64,000 nt of DNA from Patescibacteria group bacterium. Lineage in GTDB: Bacteria > Patescibacteriota > WWE3 > JAMCXX01. Positions within the stretch are counted from its first letter, which is position 1. Each line of letters begins with the position of its first letter. The position numbers and the translations under genes were made by a program. Positions 26,463 to 34,329 of the stretch are shown here, piece by piece. The stretch is taken from the NCBI GenBank assembly GCA_023474425.1, contig JAMCXX010000004.1, positions 148,729-212,728 of the forward strand, read 5' to 3'. Below the pieces are notes generated by a model. The model saw nothing but the letters and a program-made list of their open reading frames with translations. It was not told the DNA's origin and ran no database searches.

Positions 26463-27447
26463 CGCGGGAAAATCCATAGGGGTGGGTTCGGTGCCACAAA
26501 TAGGCGCTTTCAACAATTTCTTTAAGGCCCCTCTTTGCCCGCCAGCCAAGTTCCCGTTCAACTTTGCTCACATCGGCGAACGAGGCCGGCCAATCTCCGG
26601 CCCGGCGGGGCGCCTCTTTGACTTTAAAATCGGCTCCCGAAACTTCTTTAACCAAATCTATAATCTCCCGATTCGAAACTCCCCGGCCGGTACCCAAGTT
26701 AAAAACCAAAAAACAAGAATCCGTATTCTCCAAACTTTTCAAAACCAGGCTATGAGCTTCGGCCAAGTCTTCAACGTGAATATAATCCCGCACGGCCGTA
26801 CCGTCGTGGGTCGGATAATCGGTGCCGTAAAGTTTAAGCTCTCCGCGCCGTCCCAAGGCCGTCTGAATAACCAAAGGAATCAAATGCGTTTCCGGGTTGT
26901 GACTCTCTCCCAAGGAACCGTCGGCAAGGGCTCCGGCGGCATTAAAATACCTAAGCACGGCCACCTTAAATCCGTTGGAGGATGAGACGGATCTAAGAAT
27001 TTCCTCAAAAAAATACTTGCTTTGCGAGTAATAACTTGTGATTTTAATCGGACTTAGCTCACTAAAGGGCGGCTCGCCGTCCCCGTAAACTCCGGCCGTA
27101 GAAGAAAAAACGATTCGCCGGACACCGCTTTTGTCTAACGCCTTAAGCAGATTAATTCCTCCGGCCACGTTGTTTTCGAAAAACTTCAGAGGATTGGCCA
27201 TTGACTCTCCAGACTCAATATACCCGGCAAAATGAATAACCGCGTCGAATGCCGAAGATTCCGTAAGACTAACAATCGCCGCCAAATCACGTAAGTCGCC
27301 CTGAACAAATTTGGCCCGGTTGTCTACCGCCTGCCGATGCCCATTTTCTAAAGCGTCAAAAACGGTGACCGAGTGCCCTTCCTCCAAAAGTTTTTTTACG
27401 GTAACACTGCCAATAAAACCGGCTCCGCCCGTGACTAAAACGTTCAT
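26452..27447 (-). CDS. galE: UDP-glucose 4-epimerase
   Basis: MNVLVTGGAGFIGS, YYSQSKYFFE (YxxxK) and RYFNAAGA. The start ATG at 27447 overlaps the upstream stop as ATGA. Confidence 0.8.
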   Translation of the reverse strand: MNVLVTGGAGFIGSVTVKKLLEEGHSVTVFDALENGHRQAVDNRAKFVQGDLRDLAAIVSLTESSAFDAVIHFAGYIESGESMANPLKFFENNVAGGINLLKALDKSGVRRIVFSSTAGVYGDGEPPFSELSPIKITSYYSQSKYFFEEILRSVSSSNGFKVAVLRYFNAAGALADGSLGESHNPETHLIPLVIQTALGRRGELKLYGTDYPTHDGTAVRDYIHVEDLAEAHSLVLKSLENTDSCFLVFNLGTGRGVSNREIIDLVKEVSGADFKVKEAPRRAGDWPASFADVSKVERELGWRAKRGLKEIVESAYLWHRTHPYGFSRDEI

Positions 27448-28571
27448 ATTTTTTCGACGGCACGCCAAATGACGCGGCTGTAAACGGTAAAGTTATAAAT
27501 CACCAAAACGGCCGTTGCCAGGAAGAAGAAAAGAATGTGAAGTTCGGTGCCGAAAAAGTAAGTGAAGACGAAAATAAGGCCTGATTGTATAAAAATCACA
27601 CCGAACGCTGAGGCCAGGTTAAAATGAACAAATTTGACCAAAAATTGCTTAAGGTCAATGTGTTTGCGGTCGGAGAAGGTCCAGCGGTTGTTAAAATAAT
27701 AGTTGGAAATAATGGCGCCTTCGGCGCCGATTAAATTGGACAAAGCCGGATGAATTTTAAAGACGGCAAAGAAGAACTGGTAACCCACAAAGTTAATAAC
27801 CAAACCAACAAAACCGACGATAAGAAATTTAATAAACCGATGACTTTTCTTAACCCGTATTTTAAGGACAACTTTAAGCGAGTCCAGAGGGTTATTGCCC
27901 TCCATTTTGGAGACGCCCTTTTCGCGATTGGCAAAATGAATGGGAATTTCCTTAATTTTGGCGCCATGGTCAACCATTTCCACAAGAAGATGCATTTTGT
28001 AGGCAAAGCCGCGGGACTCCAAATGCTCTAAGTCAATTTGATCCAAGAACCCCTTGACCCTAGAGGCTTTGTAACCGGTGGTGTAGTCGGAAATTTTAGG
28101 CAGATTTAAAACCACGCGCGTAAAAATATTACCTGCAACACTTAAAAATTTGCGGTAAAAACCCCAGTCTTTGGGAATGGAACCCCCCTTGGTAAAACGG
28201 GAACCAATCACATAATCGGCTCCGTTGTCAATCTGCACCACAAATCTTTTTAAGTCGGCCGGGTCATGCTGGAAATCGGCATCCATCTCCACAACCACAT
28301 CGGCAGCCATATTCTTCATGGCATGGGTCATACCGGTAATGTAGGCAGCACCCAAACCGCGCTTGCTTTCTTCAACAAGAAGTTCAATGTTGCCAAACTC
28401 CGGCTGCATTTTGCGGATGAGTGCAGCCGTGCCGTCAGGGGAGTTGCCGTCAACAAAAAGCAGAGAGATTTCGTGGCCGGCAATAGAAGAGGTTTCGGCC
28501 TCAATCGTCCGAATGAGTTTTTCTACGTTATCGGCTTCGTTGTAAGTAGGTATAATGACCACAAATTTCAT
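27444..28571 (-). CDS. Polyprenol-phosphate sugar synthase (GT2, DPM1-like) fused to a GtrA-like 4-TM domain
   Basis: VVIIPTYNEADNVEKLI, LLFVDGNSPDGT and EMDADFQHDP, then a C-terminal GtrA-like region (FIKFLIVGFVGLVINF...NNRWTF). Confidence 0.8.
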   Translation of the reverse strand: MKFVVIIPTYNEADNVEKLIRTIEAETSSIAGHEISLLFVDGNSPDGTAALIRKMQPEFGNIELLVEESKRGLGAAYITGMTHAMKNMAADVVVEMDADFQHDPADLKRFVVQIDNGADYVIGSRFTKGGSIPKDWGFYRKFLSVAGNIFTRVVLNLPKISDYTTGYKASRVKGFLDQIDLEHLESRGFAYKMHLLVEMVDHGAKIKEIPIHFANREKGVSKMEGNNPLDSLKVVLKIRVKKSHRFIKFLIVGFVGLVINFVGYQFFFAVFKIHPALSNLIGAEGAIISNYYFNNRWTFSDRKHIDLKQFLVKFVHFNLASAFGVIFIQSGLIFVFTYFFGTELHILFFFLATAVLVIYNFTVYSRVIWRAVEKI

Positions 28572-28603
28572 AAAACGGTGCAAACCTAAATTAATAATCT
28601 AAT

Positions 28604-28861
28604 TCAAAACGGAAAGAGTATTAAAGAGGCGCTGGCCAAGACGACCAGAGCCACAAGAAGGTATTCGGAAAGGACAACCCAGGAAAATCGGTGTTCAATA
28701 TAGTGGTGCCAGGCACCCCACAAAACGTAGCCGACAACCGAAAAGAAAATGCTAAAAAAGCGGGCGGAAGGATTCTGTTTAAAAACGGCCACGCCGAAAA
28801 GGCCAACTAATACCACCAAAACCAAAATAGAGTAATGCCAAAGGTGTTCTCGACTTTCCAT
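28604..28861 (-). CDS. Small integral membrane protein (3 TM), unknown function
   Basis: 85-aa ORF with three hydrophobic helices, tightly packed between neighbours. Confidence 0.5.
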   Translation of the reverse strand: MESREHLWHYSILVLVVLVGLFGVAVFKQNPSARFFSIFFSVVGYVLWGAWHHYIEHRFSWVVLSEYLLVALVVLASASLILFPF

Positions 28862-28865
28862 AATT

Positions 28866-29816
28866 TTAACGAATCACGCCCGGGCTCAAAAGAAAGGTTG
28901 AGCCCAAGAGTAATAATAGCATCAAAATGTGGGCGCCGTTGTGACCGGAAATACGCACAACGTTGCGCCTAAAGACAATCAAACCATCGAGAACAAAAAG
29001 GGAGAGCAGGAAAAATCCCACCGAATAAGAAACGGTCTTGGCCAGGGAAATAACATCGATAACGGGAACGCTGCGCGAAGACGAAGCCTGCGTTACGGTA
29101 ACCGGCGAGGGTTGGGCCGTAACCCCCGGGGCCGGGCTAGGGTTGACTTGAGGAGAAATATTTTCCGTAACCTTTGCCGGCTGCGGTGCAGGAGCGGCCG
29201 GAATAGGAGACTTTGACGCTGGAGCCGCCGAAACCTCATTGGAGGCCAGCGAGGCGGACGTAGAACCAAACATCTGAACGACGAGAGTGGTTTGGAATCC
29301 TCCCAAAGTACCGTTAACCACGGCTACGCCAATATCGGTATAATTTTTATTTAAAATATTTTCGCGATGCCCCATCTTTGAGGCCATCCAGGCAGCTACC
29401 ACGTCGTCGGAACTCTGAAAATCCTTAGCCAAATTTTCCCCAGCGTAGACGTAGCGATAACCGGCGTCGAGTATAAACTTCCAGGGCGTTGTGCCGTCGG
29501 GAGCCACATGAGCCCAGTAGTCATTTTTAAACATGTAGTCGGCTTTGGCGGCGGCGGCCCGGCTCAACTCGTCGTTTAACTTCAGGGCCGGCAGGTTGTT
29601 GGCCAAACGTTGATTATTGGTATCGCCAATTATTTGGTCTGCGGTAATGTTGGAAGCAAATCCTAAAACCCCCGGGAACTTGAGGGCCACAAAACTCAAG
29701 CTGAACTGAACTAAAAAAATGAAGGTGGCGTACAAAAAAAGAGCCTCGTGAGAAAGGGTTGCGGCCCGCCGGTTATAAGGCTCGCGGGGAATTATTATTT
29801 TAACAATCGGTCGCAT
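28866..29816 (-). CDS. Membrane-anchored CAP/SCP (PR-1-like) domain protein
   Basis: N-terminal TM, a CAP core (YWAHVAPDGTTPW...AGENLAKDF...GHRENILNKNYTDIGVAV), a Pro/Ala/Ser-rich linker and C-terminal TM helices. Confidence 0.7.
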   Translation of the reverse strand: MRPIVKIIIPREPYNRRAATLSHEALFLYATFIFLVQFSLSFVALKFPGVLGFASNITADQIIGDTNNQRLANNLPALKLNDELSRAAAAKADYMFKNDYWAHVAPDGTTPWKFILDAGYRYVYAGENLAKDFQSSDDVVAAWMASKMGHRENILNKNYTDIGVAVVNGTLGGFQTTLVVQMFGSTSASLASNEVSAAPASKSPIPAAPAPQPAKVTENISPQVNPSPAPGVTAQPSPVTVTQASSSRSVPVIDVISLAKTVSYSVGFFLLSLFVLDGLIVFRRNVVRISGHNGAHILMLLLLLGSTFLLSPGVIR

Positions 29817-29860
29817 TTAACAAGAATAATATCAGGAAATTGCCACTGCCCGCAAAAAAA

Positions 29861-30604
29861 TTACAGCTCCTCGGTGGCGTAGAGTTTCCAGCCGCCGTTC
29901 TCAAAATGAAAAACAGCCGTGTATTCTTGGGTCGCGCCGTCGGAAAGAGTTAACTTTATAGACTGCTCGGCCCAGTCATTGTTTGCCCCGTAAATCTTAG
30001 GCACGGAGTCGGACACCCCGCCAACAACCGCCTGGGCGCCGGAAAAACTTAAGGCAAATTCGGCTTCGCTGTAAGTCGTCTTAAAGTCTTGGCTCATTAA
30101 GTTATAGAGGTGATCAAGAGGCACCCCATCGGCATTTTCGGCCCCTTTAAGGTAGGTAATAACCAAATTGGTTGAGTCCTCCACCACCTGCTCTGTGCTA
30201 CCAATAGGCTGATCTTCCGCTGAATTGCCCGCCACGGTAGTTACATTGGAGGAACCGGAGTTGCTTACATCGGAAGAAGTTGAAGGAGCGGAATTATCCG
30301 CAAAAGGAGCGGCGGGTGCGGGTGTGGGAGCGACCATAGGCCGGATCGGCCGACTTTGAGACGGAAGCCGCGCAGCACTCAATGTGGAGTCCCGAACCGA
30401 AGACCCCAGCACCATTCCGGAATCGGTGCTTTGAGCAGATGACAGAATGGAAGCAAAAGGCGACAACCTACCCATGGAGGCCGGCGAGATTAGGCTGGGC
30501 GAATAAGGCGCCAAAAAGTAAGCAACCAGAAAACCCACAGGAGTTCCCAAGACCAAAATCACCAGAAGAAATTTAAGGGAGAGTTTTATTTTTGTGTCCA
30601 TCAA
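29861..30604 (-). CDS. Secreted or membrane-anchored hypothetical protein
   Basis: N-terminal TM, a Ser/Ala/Pro low-complexity linker and a ~110-aa C-terminal globular region. No family recognised. Confidence 0.5.
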   Translation of the reverse strand: MMDTKIKLSLKFLLVILVLGTPVGFLVAYFLAPYSPSLISPASMGRLSPFASILSSAQSTDSGMVLGSSVRDSTLSAARLPSQSRPIRPMVAPTPAPAAPFADNSAPSTSSDVSNSGSSNVTTVAGNSAEDQPIGSTEQVVEDSTNLVITYLKGAENADGVPLDHLYNLMSQDFKTTYSEAEFALSFSGAQAVVGGVSDSVPKIYGANNDWAEQSIKLTLSDGATQEYTAVFHFENGGWKLYATEEL

Positions 30605-30612
30605 AAATCGCT

Positions 30613-30903
30613 TTAATATTCCGGATACTCCAACTGACCCACCGGTTTAAGACCTAAAACATAGTTCAGAGCGTTGGCCGCACTTACCCCAATCAAAATC
30701 CCCACTCTCGACTCCCCCTCCATTTTGGCCTTTATTTCTTTAAGATCTGAAAGTTCAACTTTGTACTTTTTTAAAAGCTGGTTGAGTAAGACCAAAACAT
30801 CCGACCCACCTTCTTCAAAACCCAACACTTGATTGGTTGAGTCTAATAACGAAATTTTGCGAGAGAATCTATTTGAAGTGTCTATTAATAGATTTGAGGT
30901 CAT
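30613..30903 (-). CDS. tsaB: Miniature TsaB-like protein (N-terminal ASKHA subdomain only)
   Basis: LLIDTSNRFSRKISLL...VLVLLNQLLKKYKVELSDLKEIKAKMEGESRVGILIGVSAANALNYVLGLKPVG aligns by eye with the first ~95 aa of YeaZ/TsaB. It is in an operon with tsaE. Confidence 0.55.
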   Translation of the reverse strand: MTSNLLIDTSNRFSRKISLLDSTNQVLGFEEGGSDVLVLLNQLLKKYKVELSDLKEIKAKMEGESRVGILIGVSAANALNYVLGLKPVGQLEYPEY

Positions 30904-31742
30904 TTATGACTTTCCTCGTAACCAGCTTCCAGATTACGGACGACACGTCCGGCGGTATCAGTATTCCCATCAAGCCCTTTAGCAAGGCCCAAAACCCGTT
31001 GTTGGTAGTCTGCTAACCAAGACTCCATGTAGGCATGAAACTCCTTGACCACCGTTAAAGTTTCTCGCATAGCCGTAAGACTTGGATGATTTTTATTGTC
31101 AAACTCGGTATCAGAGATAGATGCAGCAAGTCGTCCTTCGACCGCCTCGATCTCAACCAACGAATCTCTGTATAGTCCACTTCTGTGTTGGGCACGATCA
31201 CCGTTGACTCTAGACGCAAGCTCCTCGGTAACTGAATTTAACCCTCTTAATTGCTGGGCAGCTTCGCCAACAACCGTCATTCCCTGAGCATCTTCCACTC
31301 CATGTGACCGTATGAAATTCCCACGATTTCCCAAGTTTTCCCGTGAAAGGTCACCGTTGGCCTGCGCCTCCACTTCAGACCATAATTGTTGATTCGGACT
31401 TCTAGTTGCCGTTAGTGGGTCAATAACATCCCTTTCTAAAACCTCAAGCGTAGAACGTGGACTAAAGTAACTATCGCTACCCTTGTTAATTCTGCCTGAT
31501 ATAGAATCCTTTCTTACGCCGTCACCATAGAAATAACCCCTCAACTGACCTTCACATAGACGTTCCTGAACACAAGTAACCCTAGCGAGTTCACCTGACT
31601 TCCCGGCCAGTTCCAGCACGGATAAAGCCTCATTAGTTCGCTCCTCACGTTCCGCGTTTCGCTCATCTTTGGCAGTTTCCTGAGACCTAGCACCCCTTGC
31701 TCCGCTGTCGCCAGCTTCCTGGACAGTTCCTTCATCATTCAT
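30900..31742 (-). CDS. Hypothetical soluble protein, compositionally atypical (Arg-rich, Lys-poor)
   Basis: 280-aa ORF with ATGA overlap onto the mini-tsaB start. No TM helix and no recognisable motif. Confidence 0.55.
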   Translation of the reverse strand: MNDEGTVQEAGDSGARGARSQETAKDERNAEREERTNEALSVLELAGKSGELARVTCVQERLCEGQLRGYFYGDGVRKDSISGRINKGSDSYFSPRSTLEVLERDVIDPLTATRSPNQQLWSEVEAQANGDLSRENLGNRGNFIRSHGVEDAQGMTVVGEAAQQLRGLNSVTEELASRVNGDRAQHRSGLYRDSLVEIEAVEGRLAASISDTEFDNKNHPSLTAMRETLTVVKEFHAYMESWLADYQQRVLGLAKGLDGNTDTAGRVVRNLEAGYEESHK

Positions 31743-31750
31743 AGCTTCAA

Positions 31751-32269
31751 TTATCTACAATACACTTTTATCTGTCTATTCTTACCTAAATAATTGAAAT
31801 CTAGATTTATTGCAGACCTGTAAGTGCTGCTCTCTAGTCTTTCCGCCCACTCGACAACGACGATACCTTTGGGATCGGAAAGGATTTCGTCAAAGCCGAA
31901 AGATTGTAAGGTTTTTTTGTCCTGATTTTCAAGACGGTAAAGATCCAAATGGTAAAGGGCGTCTTTGTGGAAACTTTGGCGGATGATTGGTTTAAAGGAA
32001 TAGGAACGGACAAAAACATAGGTGGGTGAGGTGATTACTTCTTTAATCCCGAGCCCTTTAGCCAGTCCTTTAATAAAAGTAGTTTTGCCGGCTCCCAACT
32101 CGCCATTCAAAGCTATGGCGAAAGCGCGATCCGTGTCCCTAACAGTTGTATCGATGTATCGATACATCGATACAAACTTACCCGCCCCACTGCCCAGACG
32201 CAAAGACTCGGCCAGGTCATTCCCTAAATTTTCCGTCTCTGAAGCGCTCTTTGTCTCAAAAACTTCCAT
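31751..32269 (-). CDS. tsaE: tRNA t6A biosynthesis ATPase TsaE, carrying an internal insertion
   Basis: LNGELGAGKTTFIKGLAKGLGI...ITSPTYVFVRSY...YHLDLYRL...VVEWAE. There are ~23 extra residues before the P-loop. Confidence 0.8.
   Translation of the reverse strand: MEVFETKSASETENLGNDLAESLRLGSGAGKFVSMYRYIDTTVRDTDRAFAIALNGELGAGKTTFIKGLAKGLGIKEVITSPTYVFVRSYSFKPIIRQSFHKDALYHLDLYRLENQDKKTLQSFGFDEILSDPKGIVVVEWAERLESSTYRSAINLDFNYLGKNRQIKVYCR
32146..32175. repeat. Perfect 30-bp palindrome inside tsaE
   Basis: ttgtatcgatgtatcgatacatcgatacaa is its own reverse complement and contains three ATCGAT hexamers. Confidence 0.95.
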
Positions 32270-32613
32270 AATACAAAACCTAAGAAACCGCCCAAAGTGT
32301 CAATTAAAACATCCACGGCGTGGGAGCCCCGGCCGGGTACGAACCTCTGGTGAAACTCATCGGTTACTCCGTAAAGAAAAACGAAAAACAATCCATAGAA
32401 AACTTTTTTCTTCTCAATTTCCCAGAAATTTCTGGCAACACTCAAGTAATACAACAGATACAAAACTCCATACTCAAACAAATGAACGGATTTATGGACC
32501 ACAAAATCAACAACGCTGTTCCGCGAGGCGTGCACGGACGGCAGGCTGGAACCCAAAAAAATTAAGGCAGCCCAAACTAAAAGAGGAAGTTGAAGCCTAA
32601 ACCTTTTTTCCAT
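32224..32613 (-). CDS. VanZ-family membrane protein
   Basis: Start moved to the ATG at 32613 (MEKRFRLQLPLLVWAALIFLGSS...). KSVHLFEYGVL and DEFHQRFVPGRGSHAVDVLIDTLG. Confidence 0.7.
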   Translation of the reverse strand: MEKRFRLQLPLLVWAALIFLGSSLPSVHASRNSVVDFVVHKSVHLFEYGVLYLLYYLSVARNFWEIEKKKVFYGLFFVFLYGVTDEFHQRFVPGRGSHAVDVLIDTLGGFLGFVLWKFLRQRALQRRKI

Positions 32614-34303
32614 ACATTCTAATTCTAACGGACAAACCAATAAATATGAAAATCCAACCCAAAACATAAAAATCACCATTAATACCGGTGCGGGGAAGTT
32701 CCTGGATTTGCGCTCCGAGGATCGAGCCTTTTATTATTTCGGCTTCGGTGATATTAACAATATCGCTCTGGAAACGTGGTAGAATCCGGTAATTCCGGTC
32801 TCCGCTTTTTAAAAGTCCGTACTGGGAAACGATCCCTACCACCTTAACCAAATCACCCGATGAGAGCTTAGGCTTCACAATACCGGTAGAATCTTTAATG
32901 TAGACCTTAACCCGACCCGAGCCGTCGTTAAGATAAAATGTATCGCCGCTCTGCTCCTCCAATTTTCCCTCAACTTTCACCAAGCTTCCCTCGTAATTTT
33001 CGGTGGCCTCGCCGGTGAGTATACCGCGGGGTTCAACATTAAGGGCATCCGGCTGAATTAGAGTGACTGTTTCCGTTTTAATGTATTTCTCCCCGTTGCT
33101 CTCCTCAAGAGTACTGGAAACTTTCACCTTATCACCCAAACCAAGCTTGGAATCCGGTGTCTGACTGCAGGAAATTTTAATACCCGACTCCTTGTCCCAA
33201 ACATAAAGTTCTTTGTCACCCAAAAGTCCCGGCGGCGAGGAAATATATGCCTCCAAAGAAATCTTGTGGCCCAGAGGCAAACTCTTTATTTCGGTAATTA
33301 TACCCTTAAAGATCTCCGGATCTCCGGCCAAAACATTAGCCGCTCCGGGCGTGGGCTGGGAAGTTTCCTCCCATGAACCGTTAATTAGGGCGTACGAAAA
33401 ACCCAATTTAGATTCGCTATAATCAACTGTATCGGAAACCACCCCATCCGGCCTAATGAGACGAACTTGATCGGCCTCGCTGTTATTTAGAATACTGGAA
33501 GATTTATTGGGGTCTGAGGAGAAATAAAAAACAAAGTAGCCCGAAGACGGCAATGTGGCGCTAAAGGTTTTGGGCGAAGAGCCGCCGTCTTTATCGTCAA
33601 TCTGCCAGCCGGTTAACTCGGCCGCAGCCGTATCCGAAGAATTATATAGCTCCACCCACTCGCTGCCCATCTTGGGATTGGGCATAAATTCGTTGATTTT
33701 AACCGTCTGCGGGTAGTTGACAGGAACCGGCTCTTTGTATGCCTGACCGGGAGTGCCTCCGGCCGTGTAACTTCCAACCCAGTTGGACCCGTCATTAACA
33801 CCGGCAAGGTTTTCCTTCTCAATACTGTGTCCCTTGCCCAAAGTTCCCCGCCAGCTTGTTTCGTAAGTAACCTGGGCAAAAGGCGTGCCGTTGGAACCTT
33901 CGCGAAAACCAAGCAGCTGCGAAGTGTTATTTAAATCCATTGACGACGCTTCCAAAAGAATCCCGTTGTAATCCGGATAAAGGTTTTTAAAACTTATCGC
34001 ACTGTGGGCAATCACAAAATAGCTACGAGCATCTACCGTTGCCTCTTTTTCTCCGCTGGGCATCTTTAAAAGGCGATTATCGCTGCCGTCAATTAATCTT
34101 AAAGAATCGGCGGAGGACCCAAGAGTAATAGTTGTATCGGCGGACCCGTTGTTATATACTTCAACCCACTCATCATCGTTGCCGGAACTCTGCGGCTCAT
34201 ACATAATCTCCGAAACAATAAAGTCTTGAGACGAAGCAAAAATTTGATCGCCGAACAAAAACAGGAACGAAAGAAAAAACAGAAAAATAAACTTTACATT
34301 CAT
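32597..34303 (-). CDS. Cell-surface protein: two lamin-tail domains, an OB-fold and an LPXTG-type sortase signal
   Basis: Signal peptide. LTD motifs SEIMYEPQSSGNDDEWVEVYNNG and INEFMPNPKMGSEWVELYNSS. OB-like GSLVKVEGKLEEQSGDTFYLNDGSGRVKVYI. C-terminal LPRTG, a hydrophobic helix and a basic tail. Confidence 0.75.
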   Translation of the reverse strand: MNVKFIFLFFLSFLFLFGDQIFASSQDFIVSEIMYEPQSSGNDDEWVEVYNNGSADTTITLGSSADSLRLIDGSDNRLLKMPSGEKEATVDARSYFVIAHSAISFKNLYPDYNGILLEASSMDLNNTSQLLGFREGSNGTPFAQVTYETSWRGTLGKGHSIEKENLAGVNDGSNWVGSYTAGGTPGQAYKEPVPVNYPQTVKINEFMPNPKMGSEWVELYNSSDTAAAELTGWQIDDKDGGSSPKTFSATLPSSGYFVFYFSSDPNKSSSILNNSEADQVRLIRPDGVVSDTVDYSESKLGFSYALINGSWEETSQPTPGAANVLAGDPEIFKGIITEIKSLPLGHKISLEAYISSPPGLLGDKELYVWDKESGIKISCSQTPDSKLGLGDKVKVSSTLEESNGEKYIKTETVTLIQPDALNVEPRGILTGEATENYEGSLVKVEGKLEEQSGDTFYLNDGSGRVKVYIKDSTGIVKPKLSSGDLVKVVGIVSQYGLLKSGDRNYRILPRFQSDIVNITEAEIIKGSILGAQIQELPRTGINGDFYVLGWIFIFIGLSVRIRMYGKKV

Positions 34304-34329
34304 CGCAAAGAGCCCGCAGGGTAATATGA

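Noticed and set aside
25197-26561. Upstream start of the flippase ORF overlapping galE by ~110 nt, and similar long N-terminal extensions at 27468, 28583, 25258, 42278 and 32679
   Set aside because: In each case an internal ATG gives a typical family N-terminus and a 4-17 nt overlap or short gap with the upstream stop. This fits the compact operon style seen throughout the window.
32022-32600. 192-aa plus-strand ORF antisense to tsaE and VanZ
   Set aside because: It fully overlaps two well-supported minus-strand genes. The protein is low-complexity and basic. Part of its apparent coding similarity (VSMYRYIDT) is only the mirror image of the 30-bp palindrome.
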